Below, piece after piece: positions 1 to 10,320 of a stretch of 64,000 nt of DNA. The notes under the pieces are model-generated. The model was not told where the DNA came from, searched no databases, and was given only the letters and a program-made list of their open reading frames with translations. The DNA is taken from NCBI GenBank assembly GCA_001820875.1, contig MHRF01000004.1, positions 17,434 to 81,433 of the forward strand. The letters are read 5' to 3'. A program made the position numbers and the translations under genes. Source of the DNA: Candidatus Taylorbacteria bacterium RIFCSPHIGHO2_01_FULL_46_22b. Its GTDB lineage: Bacteria > Patescibacteriota > Minisyncoccia > Phycocordibacterales > DSPV01. The stretch's first letter is position 1. Each line of letters opens with the position of its first letter.

Positions 1-724
1 GTATTTCGCCAGTTCGAGAATCCATGATTATACCTGCCCCGCTTGCAAATCCATTTGAAGATGCCAAACCTTTGATAAAACCGTAAAACGCTTCTTGCAC
101 TCTCGCATCAATGGAGAGTGTTAATGTTGCTCCGTATTGCGGAAACTGGATAAGACTTTCCGATTCAACTCCCCCCAAAGCATTGTGCTCTGCAATTTTC
201 ACTCCGTTTTTACCGGCAAGCAAATCATTGTAAAACTGTTCAACCCCGTCTTTGCCAGTGAAATCGTAACGGAAATATACACCCGAGGCATCCTGTTTCG
301 GGTATTCCACGTACCCCAACAAGTGTCCGAATCCATCTTTTTTTATATATTCGCGCGAAGGATATTCAGGATGATCTTGATTTGCAACATTTGAAACCAG
401 TTGCACCTCATTTCTATCTTGAATCAACCCGCGGGGGGCAAATATAACCGTACTTCGCAAGCTATTGCGCTCACTTAAAATCCGATATGCTTCTCCTTTC
501 TTCACCTGCAATCCCCACGCCTGATACGCAAGCAGTACAAAAATCAGCGCAAAAAATATTCCCACAAGAGTAATCGCTCGCAAGGAAATTGGGCGTTCGA
601 GTCGTCCCTCAAATTGGTAGACGTCAAAATTAGGGAGATTACTTGAATCAAGAAAAATCTCATCGGGCGCAACCTCGCGCGAAGCAGAACCGGTTACTTT
701 TCGGCGTGAAAAAAAACGTCGCAT
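1..724 (-). CDS. mrdA: Penicillin-binding protein 2, N-terminal part (runs off the window edge)
   Basis: Manual translation from ATG 724: MRRFFSRRKVTGSASREVAPDEIFLDSSNLPNFDVYQFEGRLERPIS, then a TM helix and an IAPRGLIQDRN (PRGxIxDRN) motif; lies downstream of mreBCD. Confidence 0.8.
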   Translation of the reverse strand, partial: MRRFFSRRKVTGSASREVAPDEIFLDSSNLPNFDVYQFEGRLERPISLRAITLVGIFFALIFVLLAYQAWGLQVKKGEAYRILSERNSLRSTVIFAPRGLIQDRNEVQLVSNVANQDHPEYPSREYIKKDGFGHLLGYVEYPKQDASGVYFRYDFTGKDGVEQFYNDLLAGKNGVKIAEHNALGGVESESLIQFPQYGATLTLSIDARVQEAFYGFIKGLASSNGFASGAGIIMDSRTGEI

Positions 725-754
725 CAAATCATGATACGTTACTCAAGCGATTTT

Positions 755-1069
755 TCAAACGCGCCTTCCTTTCCAAAACACAAGCCGTCTCTTTGCCATT
801 GGAATACCAAGCAAAACAAGCAAGGTTAGAGCGGTGAACAAAAGAGGCATTCCCCATAGAAAAACTGGGGGGCCAAAAAATAAATCTGCCAGACATGCAG
901 CGATCAACGCTTCATAAAAACTCTCAAAATATATACACCCGACCAGTACGAAGATACCGACAAACCACCACGGAGTGAAAAAAACTAACAAACAGAGAAA
1001 TAAAAGGTAAACGCTCCTATTGAGTTGATGAGGCATGAGAGACAGGGAGACGTCCAATTGATAATCCAA
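755..1069 (-). CDS. MreD-like small membrane protein
   Basis: Hydrophobic ~100 aa ORF between mreC and pbp2; start codon uncertain. Confidence 0.55.
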   Translation of the reverse strand: MDYQLDVSLSLMPHQLNRSVYLLFLCLLVFFTPWWFVGIFVLVGCIYFESFYEALIAACLADLFFGPPVFLWGMPLLFTALTLLVLLGIPMAKRRLVFWKGRRV

Positions 1070-1859
1070 CGCTCACAAATTGTAGTTCATAGATATTCAC
1101 CAAACTATGAAAACTTACCAACTGCAAAAAATCAACCTGTTGTGATTCAATTGAACCCACCACCCCAAGAAGTGGCGGGGTGATATCCGGAAAGAAAACT
1201 GCATCGCCGATAGCCACAGAACTTTCGCGAGGCAACAACACTGAAAATGAGCCTCCTCCGGTGCCGATAGCTGTTGCAGGTATATGATCATTTCCAATCG
1301 AAACCGGAATCTCAAGCCCTGGGGAAGAAAACAAGGTTACCCGCGCGAAATCTTTAAATACTTCAGAAATCTTTCCTATCACCGAACCTCCGGTCGAATA
1401 TACATAATCTCCAACTGCAATCCCCTCCTGCACCCCCGCATCAATCACCAAACGATCATATGGAGAGAGGGGTGGACGGGACAAAACGCCTGCAAACACG
1501 CGCACCTTGTCATCTGTCCTGCCCAGAAGAGATTTGAGAAAGATGATTTCATCTTGCAAAGATTTTGCCATCACAGACTGTTCGCGGATGTTTTGCAATT
1601 CCGTTTTTAATAAAGTGTTCTCTGCAACCAAATAATTCTTTGATGCAAAATATGTTCCGAGTGCGGAAAGCGACTCGTCGAGCCAACTGTTTGTACGGAC
1701 TACGGGCACAGCAATCGTGTAGATAATGTTAGCAAAAACAGAAGGCCAGATGAGATTGCTTATGGCAACCATCACCACAATAAAAAGCGTCACAAAAAGA
1801 GAAACTTTTGGGCGCCGGCGGATATTACTTTTGAATGGGGAGGTCGTCCTCATTGGCAA
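1017..1859 (-). CDS. mreC: Rod shape-determining protein MreC
   Basis: N-terminal TM, coiled coil, VLSRPP..YDRLVIDAG..GI..GD motif; directly follows mreB. Confidence 0.9.
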   Translation of the reverse strand: MPMRTTSPFKSNIRRRPKVSLFVTLFIVVMVAISNLIWPSVFANIIYTIAVPVVRTNSWLDESLSALGTYFASKNYLVAENTLLKTELQNIREQSVMAKSLQDEIIFLKSLLGRTDDKVRVFAGVLSRPPLSPYDRLVIDAGVQEGIAVGDYVYSTGGSVIGKISEVFKDFARVTLFSSPGLEIPVSIGNDHIPATAIGTGGGSFSVLLPRESSVAIGDAVFFPDITPPLLGVVGSIESQQVDFLQLVSFHSLVNIYELQFVSVGLSIGRLPVSHASSTQ

Positions 1860-2895
1860 TCAGTGTTTCTTTATAAAGATCCATATTCTCAAGTATAATC
1901 CCCGCGCCACGAGCGACTGCGGTCAGCGGATCATCAGCCACAAAAACCGGAATCTTGAGTATTTGTTCAAGATAGGGAGCAAGACCTTTCAAAAGCGCAC
2001 CTCCGCCGACTAGATATATTCCCCGCTGCATAACATCGGCGATTAATTCGGGCGGTGTGGTTTCAAGTACTTCGCGTGTTGATTCAACAATCGTATCCAC
2101 CGACTGGGCAAGGGCTTCGCGAATATCAACGTCAGTAATAATAACCTCCCGCGGAAGCCCCGTGATCAAATCTCTTCCCTTGACCGGCATTTCCATCAGC
2201 TGACCCACCGGCATCGCGGAACCAATCGTAATCTTGATTTCCTCCGCAGTCTTCTCGCCGATAAGAATTTTAAATTCGCTGCGAATATAAGAAATAATAT
2301 CGTTATTGAAATGATCCCCCGCAACTTTGAGATTTTTTGATCGGACAATCCCGCCAAGCGAAATAACGGCTATGTCCGTCGTACCTCCTCCTATATCAAT
2401 CACCATGTTGCCCGCAGGATCTCTGACAGGCAGACGAATACCGATTGCCGCTGCCATTGGCTGTTCGACAATATGCACTTCACGCGCGCCACTATTTCTC
2501 GTCGCATCACGCACCGCACGCGATTCGACATTTGTTACTCCAGACGGAACACCTACGACCACACGAGGACCAAGAAACCGGCGGGTCCCCTCTTGGCCTT
2601 TGTTCATTAAATACGCGATCATCTCTTCCGTAACTTCAAAATCGGAAATCACTCCTTCCACCAAAGGCCGTATGGCATTGATGTGCCCTGGGGTGCGCCC
2701 AAGCATCGCTTTTGCCTGATTGCCAACTGCGACAACCTGTCCAGTCTTTTCATTGAGTGCAACCACTGACGGCTCGTTGACGACAATGCCGCGACCGCGC
2801 ACATAGACAAGCGTGTTAGCCGTCCCTAGGTCTATGCCAAGATCGTGAGAAAGCAGTCTATAAAAACGCTCTAGTTGTTCCTTAAAGGTGCGCAT
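1825..2895 (-). CDS. mreB: Rod shape-determining protein MreB (paralog 1)
   Basis: DLGIDLGTANT, NEPSVVA and DIGGGTT motifs; start set at ATG 2895 (MRTFKEQ). Confidence 0.95.
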   Translation of the reverse strand: MRTFKEQLERFYRLLSHDLGIDLGTANTLVYVRGRGIVVNEPSVVALNEKTGQVVAVGNQAKAMLGRTPGHINAIRPLVEGVISDFEVTEEMIAYLMNKGQEGTRRFLGPRVVVGVPSGVTNVESRAVRDATRNSGAREVHIVEQPMAAAIGIRLPVRDPAGNMVIDIGGGTTDIAVISLGGIVRSKNLKVAGDHFNNDIISYIRSEFKILIGEKTAEEIKITIGSAMPVGQLMEMPVKGRDLITGLPREVIITDVDIREALAQSVDTIVESTREVLETTPPELIADVMQRGIYLVGGGALLKGLAPYLEQILKIPVFVADDPLTAVARGAGIILENMDLYKETLIANEDDLPIQK

Positions 2896-4138
2896 TGATG
2901 TGTGATGCAAGTGTATCCGGCGACACCATTGTATGTTTCCCCGAGCGGCGGTCAAGCACCTCCACGGTCCCGTCTTTTGTGGTACGACTACTCGCAATCA
3001 CGCGCAAAGATACACCGATTAAATCCGCATCGGCGAATTTCTCGCCGGCGCGCACGTCGCGATCATCAAAAAGAACTTCGATATTCCCTGCGGAAAGCGC
3101 GTTGTACACTGTCTCGGCTTGTTTACGCGCCATGTCATCTGACGGATCAAGCAAAAGAAGGTGGACAGAAAATGGTGCGACCGCTGAAGGCCAGAGAATG
3201 CTTTTCTCATCGGAAAATGATTCGACGATAGTACCAATTAAGCGCGCAGGACCGATGCCATAACTCCCCATAATTACTAGCTTGCTTTCATTTTTCTCAT
3301 CAACAAATTTCAAACCGAGCGCTTCCGAAAATCTAGTCCCGAGTGAAAAGATATTTCCCACTTCAACCGACTTTTTGACTGATAAATTCTTGTTACCGCA
3401 AGCGGGGCAAACCGGCTGGTCAGAAAATATCTCATCATTGACTGCAATAGAACATTTCTCGCAAAGGTGAATTGTATCTTCTCCTGCGTCGCACACAGTC
3501 TGAAATTCATGCGAGTATTTGCTGAAACTGCCACCTGATGCATACGTCATGTGTGTGAACGGACCCAAACCCACTCGGGAAAAAACGTTTGTATACGCCG
3601 TTTGCATGATTTTATAAAACTCATCATGTTCCTGTGCGGTTCGGGAAAATGAGTACAAGTCCTTCATCAAAAATTCACGAGTCCGAATGAGACCTGATTT
3701 CGCACGTGTTTCATTTCGAAACTTTGTTTGAATCTGATATGCATACACGGGCAAATCGCGAAAGCTACGAATGTGATCTCGCATCATTTGTGTTATCGGC
3801 TCTTCATGCGTAAACCCAAGTCCCGCTTCTCCGCCTGATCCAAGCGTGGTCTTAAACCACGAGTCAACTGCTTTATCAGACCAGCGACCAGTCGATTCCC
3901 ATATTTCTTTATTTTGAAGAGCTGATAACAAAATTTCCTGTCCACCAGACGCATTCATCTCCTCGCGAATCACATTCATTACCTTGTTCAGCACTCGGAG
4001 TCCCAGCGGTAAAAACGAATAGACGCCAGCCATTTCCTTGTGGATGAATCCGGCCTTAATCAAGAGCTTCGCGTTCTTGGAAACCTCGTCTTTGGGTACC
4101 TCTTTTCGTGTTTTTGAGAATAGTTCAGTTTGGCGCAT
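2882..4138 (-). CDS. proS: Proline--tRNA ligase (short form, no editing domain, CxxC-CxxC insert)
   Basis: YQIQTKFRNE, REFLMKDLYSF, EVGNIF.LG and MGSYGIG motifs; C-terminal anticodon domain (GEKFADADLIG). Confidence 0.95.
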   Translation of the reverse strand: MRQTELFSKTRKEVPKDEVSKNAKLLIKAGFIHKEMAGVYSFLPLGLRVLNKVMNVIREEMNASGGQEILLSALQNKEIWESTGRWSDKAVDSWFKTTLGSGGEAGLGFTHEEPITQMMRDHIRSFRDLPVYAYQIQTKFRNETRAKSGLIRTREFLMKDLYSFSRTAQEHDEFYKIMQTAYTNVFSRVGLGPFTHMTYASGGSFSKYSHEFQTVCDAGEDTIHLCEKCSIAVNDEIFSDQPVCPACGNKNLSVKKSVEVGNIFSLGTRFSEALGLKFVDEKNESKLVIMGSYGIGPARLIGTIVESFSDEKSILWPSAVAPFSVHLLLLDPSDDMARKQAETVYNALSAGNIEVLFDDRDVRAGEKFADADLIGVSLRVIASSRTTKDGTVEVLDRRSGKHTMVSPDTLASHINAHL

Positions 4139-4286
4139 TTGTGTGCGTTAGAAATCTTAAATATGGCCTTAATCATACAGGAAAAAAGAAAAACACCCAA
4201 GAGAATTGACAAAGAAAAAACACATGGCAATATGGTAATTGAATTCGTTGAAACAACCTATAAACCTCAAACCCTAGGATTCAGTC

Positions 4287-4967
4287 ATGAGCACAGGAAT
4301 CAAAATCGGTCTCGGAAGCTCCCTCGGCGCGTTCATCTTCGCCAGTATCGCATGGTGGGGAAACTACGCATGGTGGGCACTCGGCACAGGTCTCTTCCTC
4401 GGTACAGTCACTGCTTATCTGACACATGATCTCCGGCTCGTCGGGGTCATTGCGGACAAAGAAATACGGCAGTGGGTGGCGTCGGGATTCTACCGATTCA
4501 TTGTATTGTCCGGCGCCATTGTCTGGTTCACTATCATCTTCGGGACAGGAATGTACTTCCTCACACTGGTGGAATCGTCCGACGGGTCGGTACCGGAACA
4601 CGCCAGAATCATGCAATCCCTCCTCGTGGGAGCGGTCTGCTCTTTCGTCCTAGTTTCCCTGTTCAACAACCTGATCCTTGAAGACTGTGACGGGAAGAGT
4701 GCACTCAAATGGAATCCTGTCGCATGGCCATTCAGTTTGCTCTTCTACATCGTGATTGCAATCCTTTTTATGATCAGGATCTTTGTCAGGGAAGTCCATT
4801 CCGAGGAAGCTCTTCAGTCGAGTTTCTACGCATGCATCGGCGGAACAGTCGGCATCCTCGCAGGAGGATTTGCCGGTGTGCTAATCGGTACCGGCACAGG
4901 ATTTCTCCTCGGTTATGGGAGTTACAAACTCATCAACGTCAAGCTCCTTGCCCGTGCGCCTGCGTGA
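4287..4967 (+). CDS. Hypothetical multi-pass membrane protein
   Basis: 226 aa with several hydrophobic helices; followed by a terminator. Confidence 0.7.
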   Translation: MSTGIKIGLGSSLGAFIFASIAWWGNYAWWALGTGLFLGTVTAYLTHDLRLVGVIADKEIRQWVASGFYRFIVLSGAIVWFTIIFGTGMYFLTLVESSDGSVPEHARIMQSLLVGAVCSFVLVSLFNNLILEDCDGKSALKWNPVAWPFSLLFYIVIAILFMIRIFVREVHSEEALQSSFYACIGGTVGILAGGFAGVLIGTGTGFLLGYGSYKLINVKLLARAPA

Positions 4968-4985
4968 GCATGCTCTTTGTACACC

Positions 4986-5024
4986 GCGCCGCCTTGTCCT
5001 TTGGACAGGCGGCGCTCTTTTTTT
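4986..5024 (+). terminator. Intrinsic terminator
   Basis: GC-rich hairpin gcgccgcc(t)tgtcc/ggacaggcggcgc followed by a T-run. Confidence 0.75.
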
Positions 5025-5057
5025 CCACACCCCCCACCCCAACCCCCATACCCTATT

Positions 5058-6152
5058 TTAAATCAAATGCATCACGTCTTTATAGGTCACTAAAATAAGT
5101 AAGCCGATCAGAATCATAAAACCAATACCATTTGCATAGCGGACAAATTTCACCGGCAGAGGGCGGCGAATCACTGTTTCAATCAGGAGAAAAAATAATC
5201 GCCCACCATCAAGTGCTGGGAACGGAATCAAATTTATCACGGCAAGATTAAGTGAGATAAGCGCCGTAAATGAGATTAAGTAAAACCAGCCCAAGGCCTG
5301 CGCATTTCCCACCATCGTGGCAATACCCACCGGTCCTGAAATTTGAGAGAAATCAGCTTGGAAAGAAAACATTTGATAGAAAAATATGCCGATGGATTGA
5401 GCAACAAGTATAAAAAGATCTATCGTCCGCTTAGCCCCTTCCAGTAACGCAGGGAAAAAGGAGAGTTTGAGTGTTCCGACCTCGTCCATGCTGATACCAA
5501 TTGCGGCACGATCATTAACTATTCCCGCTTGAGGCACCACAGATAAGGAGAGGGGCGCATCTTTACGGATAATGTTCACCATGATCGCTTTTCCCTCATG
5601 TGACGCGATAAATCCTTGTACTTCTTTCACACTTGGTTTAGTCACCACTTCTGTCCCAGCACTCACTTCAAGAATTACATCCCCTTCTTGCAGGCCTGCA
5701 TGTCCTGCGGGAGAATCTGCAAGTACGCTTAACACCATCAACTGTTCATTGTGAAGCGGGGTTCCGGTATATTGCTCTTTTGATACTGGAGCTCCAACCA
5801 TAAATACAATTGAGAGGAGCACCCATGCAAATAGTATGTTGGCCGTAATACCACCTACGAGCACCAAAGCTTGTTTGAAACGGTTTTTCGCTGTAAGGCT
5901 GCGGGACGCATCGGGATCAAGATCGGCAGAATGATCGAGCATATCTTCCCCGTAAATTTTTACATAGCCACCAAGAGGAATTAGATTAATTGAATATTCG
6001 GTTTCTCCAACTTTCTTTGAAATAATCCGTGGGGGAAAACCAATAGCAAATTCATCCACGCGAATGCCAAACCACTTAGCGAGTGAAAAATGACCAAGCT
6101 CGTGCGCAAAGACGAGCACGCCGAGTATCACAATAAAAAGGAGTATAGTCAC
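5058..6152 (-). CDS. rseP: RIP metalloprotease RseP (M50, PDZ domain)
   Basis: HELGH, PLGGYV and NLIPFPALDGG motifs. Confidence 0.95.
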   Translation of the reverse strand: MTILLFIVILGVLVFAHELGHFSLAKWFGIRVDEFAIGFPPRIISKKVGETEYSINLIPLGGYVKIYGEDMLDHSADLDPDASRSLTAKNRFKQALVLVGGITANILFAWVLLSIVFMVGAPVSKEQYTGTPLHNEQLMVLSVLADSPAGHAGLQEGDVILEVSAGTEVVTKPSVKEVQGFIASHEGKAIMVNIIRKDAPLSLSVVPQAGIVNDRAAIGISMDEVGTLKLSFFPALLEGAKRTIDLFILVAQSIGIFFYQMFSFQADFSQISGPVGIATMVGNAQALGWFYLISFTALISLNLAVINLIPFPALDGGRLFFLLIETVIRRPLPVKFVRYANGIGFMILIGLLILVTYKDVMHLI

Positions 6153-6158
6153 AAACGT

Positions 6159-6710
6159 TTATGAACGAATCTCCTGTTCCTTTTTCGCAAGTAATGTATC
6201 AAATTCCTTTGACGCATCGTCAATGGTCTTTTGCATGCTGTCTTTCAGTCGGAACTTATCATCTTCGCGAATCTTGCCGTCACGCTCCTGTGCCTGTATG
6301 TCTTTCCACACCTCATCGCGCGCATTGCGCAAATGTTTTCTCGCTTCTTCAATTTTCTCTTTTGCTACTTTTATATAAGCCTCTCTTCGATCAGCAGTAA
6401 GTTCAGGAAACACTATACGGACACCTCGATCATCAACAGACACTGATAAGCCTAAATTGGACTGCACAATTGCTTTCTCAATATTTTTTATCTGGGAAGC
6501 ATCGTACGGAGTAATGCGTAATGATCTCGCGTCTTCAATATTAACTGACGCAAGGTTGGCAACCTTCATCTTTGCGCCATATGATTCAACCAACACCGTA
6601 TCAAGAATCATCGGAGTTGCACGGCCTGTGCGGATTGCCGAAAACTCCTTGCGCAGCCAATCGCCTGTCTCTGTCACTTTCGCTTTCAAGTTTTTAAAAT
6701 CATATGCCAT
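6159..6710 (-). CDS. frr: Ribosome recycling factor
   Basis: IRTGRATP and PELTADRR motifs. Confidence 0.95.
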   Translation of the reverse strand: MAYDFKNLKAKVTETGDWLRKEFSAIRTGRATPMILDTVLVESYGAKMKVANLASVNIEDARSLRITPYDASQIKNIEKAIVQSNLGLSVSVDDRGVRIVFPELTADRREAYIKVAKEKIEEARKHLRNARDEVWKDIQAQERDGKIREDDKFRLKDSMQKTIDDASKEFDTLLAKKEQEIRS

Positions 6711-6722
6711 AGTTCCTTTATT

Positions 6723-7436
6723 TTATCGTCCGGAAGCCGGCAACACAAGTGCGAGGTGTTCAAGCAACATTTTTATGGAAGCAGATTGATCTGATAGATA
6801 TTTCCTGCATAAGGCAATGTCATCAAATACAGAAATAGGAATTTTCTTTTTTCCCTTCTCTTCCCACAACACGAGTTCGATTCCTGACACCAACGTAATC
6901 ACCGATTGTTTATCTGTCTCCCCTTCAGACACTGATGTTGCGAGTGTTTTTACCAATTCCAAACGCTCGGGAATGGAAGCATCAATAAAAGAGCGTGCTT
7001 CTTTGTTAGACGCAGATCTCGGCGCTTCATCGATGATAAACAGACGAGATCGGAGTGTGGGAAGGACTGTGTCAGAGCTTGGCACGAGGATAAAGAAGTG
7101 TGTATTGGAAAATGGGTCTTCCAAAAGTTTAAGCAGTGCATTCTGTGATTCGCTCGTTGCGCGCGAAAAAGACAAGACAAATATCTTGCGCGGCCCGAAT
7201 GCTTTTTGTCCGGCAAGTGTCCGCAATCGCCGTGCATCATCAACGGAAAAATTATCGAAACGAGAAATATGCATGTCAGGATTCCCTCGCACTTCTGCTT
7301 TCACCACCTCCTGTAAAAAGGCGAGTACGTCAGCAAGCACGGCCGTATGTTCTCCAATGATCAGATACGCATGATGCAATTCAAGCGCCTGTTTACCTAT
7401 TCGAGATAAGGTGGTTTTTTCCATATCTTTATACAT
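6723..7436 (-). CDS. holB: DNA polymerase III delta-prime-like subunit (reduced)
   Basis: HHAYLI, SQNALLKLLEDP and LPTLRSR motifs. Confidence 0.8.
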   Translation of the reverse strand: MYKDMEKTTLSRIGKQALELHHAYLIIGEHTAVLADVLAFLQEVVKAEVRGNPDMHISRFDNFSVDDARRLRTLAGQKAFGPRKIFVLSFSRATSESQNALLKLLEDPFSNTHFFILVPSSDTVLPTLRSRLFIIDEAPRSASNKEARSFIDASIPERLELVKTLATSVSEGETDKQSVITLVSGIELVLWEEKGKKKIPISVFDDIALCRKYLSDQSASIKMLLEHLALVLPASGR

Positions 7437-7450
7437 TCAAGTGCCTCCAG

Positions 7451-8464
7451 TTATCGTTTAGCCGTAATCGCTTTTTTGTACATATCCAAGTGCTCAAGTG
7501 CCACTCCGGTACCCCGCGCCACGCAAAACAGAGGATCTTTAGCAAGTGCGGCCGGCACACCTGTGCGGCGATGCACTAATTCAGGAAAATTGCGAAGCAT
7601 TGACGACCCGCCAGTCATAATAATGCCTCGCTCGATGATGTCTGCAGCAAGTTCGGGAGGTGTTTCCTGCAACACATCTTTCATTGCCTTGATCATTTCG
7701 CGCAATTCGCGGCTAATTGCTTTTACAATTTCATTTGTTTTGAGCTCGGTCGTGCGCGGCAAACCGGTTACAAAATCGCGTCCTTTTACGGTCATGCTTA
7801 ATTCTTCTTCAATAGGAATCGCCGAACCAATTTGAATTTTTATGTCTTCAGCCATCTTGTCGCCAATCGCGAGATTGTAATTTTTCTTTATATAATCGGC
7901 AATCGCCGCATCTACCCGATTACCTGCGCATTTCACAGAATTTGAAGCAACGATGCCGCCAAGAGATATCACCGCCACATCAGTCGTGCCTCCCCCAATA
8001 TCTACGATCATGTGACCCACCGGCTCCTGAATCGGAATGCCCGCACCGATTGCCGCAAGTATCGGCTCTTTGACTACGTACGCATTTTTCGCTCCTGCCT
8101 TAATGGCCGCCTCGATCACTGCGCGACGCTCGGTTGAAGTGACTGCCGCAGGAACGCTCAAGAGGACGTCCGGCTTCCAAATATTCCATTTGCCTAATGC
8201 TTTCTGAATAAAATAGCGAAGCATCGCTTCGGTCACCCGATAGTCAGCAATCACGCCATCTTTCATAGGACGATACGCAACAATGTTATCCGGTGTTTTT
8301 CCCACCATCTTTTTTGCCTCAATACCAACTGCAAGAATCCGGCGATCAAGTTCTGAAACCGCGACCACCGAAGGTTCGTTTAACACGATTCCTTTCTTAG
8401 GAAGAAATACAAGCGTATTTGCCGTACCCAAATCAATCCCCAATTTTGTAGAGAAAAATGCCAT
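7451..8464 (-). CDS. mreB: Rod shape-determining protein MreB/Mbl (paralog 2)
   Basis: GIDLGTANT, RPMKDGVIADY and DIGGGTT motifs; start set at ATG 8464. Confidence 0.93.
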   Translation of the reverse strand: MAFFSTKLGIDLGTANTLVFLPKKGIVLNEPSVVAVSELDRRILAVGIEAKKMVGKTPDNIVAYRPMKDGVIADYRVTEAMLRYFIQKALGKWNIWKPDVLLSVPAAVTSTERRAVIEAAIKAGAKNAYVVKEPILAAIGAGIPIQEPVGHMIVDIGGGTTDVAVISLGGIVASNSVKCAGNRVDAAIADYIKKNYNLAIGDKMAEDIKIQIGSAIPIEEELSMTVKGRDFVTGLPRTTELKTNEIVKAISRELREMIKAMKDVLQETPPELAADIIERGIIMTGGSSMLRNFPELVHRRTGVPAALAKDPLFCVARGTGVALEHLDMYKKAITAKR

Positions 8465-8793
8465 ACCAGTAGCGTATAGCGTACAGCGAATAGCGAATAG
8501 TGGCAAGAAAAAAGAACTCGTACAGATTCCATCGAGTCTATAGAAAATCCTACTACAAAAGCCATCCGAAAATGATTCATATCGTCTCTTTCCTTCTATA
8601 TAGCACATATGCTATAATCAATTCCTCGGAGAAAACCTCGGGATTGATTTTGAGAACCCTCGGTTCTCAACGTCCCGAAAAAACAGTGCGGGACTGCTCT
8701 CCGAAACGGGAAACTCCCGTTTCCCGACCCTTTCCCCCTTACTTCTCAAGGAAGGAGAAGTAAGACACATACATCTAACCTATATCGATTCCC

Positions 8794-10308
8794 ATGACCC
8801 AAACAGCGAAAAAGCAACTCTCCGCGCTTGGAATCTTGATTCGAAATCTCCGCGAAGAGCGGAATATCACCCAGAAAACGTTTGCCGAGCGACTTGGCAC
8901 TACGCAAAGCGCCGTAGCGCGTATTGAAGGAGGCGAGCAAAACGTCAGCGCCGGCCTTTTGGCACGCATCAGCGAAATCTTGGGAAAAAATGTCATTCAA
9001 GTTTCTGATGGTGCAATCAACGTAGAAATTGAAGGAGGCTATCCTCTTTCAGGATCCGTAGTTACCAAAACATCCAAGAACGCCGCCATGGGGCTTCTTG
9101 CCGCATCTCTTTTGAACAAATCAGAGACGATGCTTTTCAACGTACCAAAAATTGAGGAAGTACACCGCATGATTGAAGTACTTCAAAGCATCGGTGTATC
9201 TGTTAAATGGAATCAAAACAGTCTCTCGATTAAACCACCGACAAAATTTCGCATAGAAGATATTGATGCTACCGCAGCCCAAAAAACACGTAGTATCCTT
9301 ATGCTTATCGGATCGTTAATCCATATCTCAAAAGCATTCTCTATTCCCCATCCGGGGGGATGCAAGCTTGGCAGCCGTACGGTCCGGCCGCATTTCTATG
9401 CACTTGAAAATTTTGGAGTCAAAATAAAAACATCTCATACCAATTACATCATTACCACCGGTGCAGTAAAACAGCACGAGATTATCCTATACGAATCAGG
9501 CGACACCGTAACCGAAAATGTCCTGATGGCCGCCGCCCGTATTCCTGAAACTACGGTGATTAAATACGCGTCTGCAAACTATCAAGTGCAAGAAATGTGC
9601 TTCTTCTTGCGCAAACTTGGAGTGCAAATTGACGGAATCGGAACTTCCACCCTGACGGTGCGCGGAGTAAGCGATATTGATGTACCGGTAAGTTATGCGA
9701 TCAGCGAAGACCCTATTGATTCCATGTTCATGCTTTCGGCTGCAATTGTCACCAAATCCCGCATCACCATCACCCGCTGTCCTATCGACTTTCTTGAAGT
9801 GGAATTGCTGAAATTAAAAAAGATGGGATTTAAGTATCGCATAGGAAAACGATATAAATCACAAAACGGAAATACCGATCTGGTGGATATCGAAACAATC
9901 CCTTCAGAATTGCGCGCCCTAGAGGAAAAAATCCACCCCAGTGTCTACCCCGGCCTAAACATCGACAATCTTCCTTTCTTTGCTGTTATTGCAACTCAAG
10001 CAAAAGGACAGACGTTTATCCATGACTGGGTTTATGAAAATCGCGCCATTCATTATAAAGAACTCGACAAGCTCGGAGCGGAAATAATTCTGGCGGATGC
10101 ACACCGTGTCTACATCACCGGCCCAGTGGAGCTTAAAGCAAATGAAATTATCTGCCCTCCCGCACTGCGTCCTGCTGCTATTATCCTCATTGGGATGCTT
10201 GCAGTAAAAGGAAGATCGGTGCTTCGAAACATCTATAGCATCAACCGCGGGTATGAAGACATAATTGATCGCTTAAATCAACTGGGGGCACATATTAAAA
10301 TCCTATAA
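8794..10308 (+). CDS. murA: UDP-N-acetylglucosamine 1-carboxyvinyltransferase with N-terminal XRE-family HTH
   Basis: HTH (ITQKTFAERLGTTQSAVARIEGG) fused to SKNAA, PGGCKLGSR (catalytic Cys), YPGLNID and INRGYE motifs. Confidence 0.9.
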   Translation: MTQTAKKQLSALGILIRNLREERNITQKTFAERLGTTQSAVARIEGGEQNVSAGLLARISEILGKNVIQVSDGAINVEIEGGYPLSGSVVTKTSKNAAMGLLAASLLNKSETMLFNVPKIEEVHRMIEVLQSIGVSVKWNQNSLSIKPPTKFRIEDIDATAAQKTRSILMLIGSLIHISKAFSIPHPGGCKLGSRTVRPHFYALENFGVKIKTSHTNYIITTGAVKQHEIILYESGDTVTENVLMAAARIPETTVIKYASANYQVQEMCFFLRKLGVQIDGIGTSTLTVRGVSDIDVPVSYAISEDPIDSMFMLSAAIVTKSRITITRCPIDFLEVELLKLKKMGFKYRIGKRYKSQNGNTDLVDIETIPSELRALEEKIHPSVYPGLNIDNLPFFAVIATQAKGQTFIHDWVYENRAIHYKELDKLGAEIILADAHRVYITGPVELKANEIICPPALRPAAIILIGMLAVKGRSVLRNIYSINRGYEDIIDRLNQLGAHIKIL

Positions 10309-10320
10309 GCATAAACTCTT

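Noticed and set aside
1825-8464. Two mreB paralogs as a novelty
   Set aside because: Multiple MreB paralogs are common in monoderm bacteria, and both copies look ordinary.
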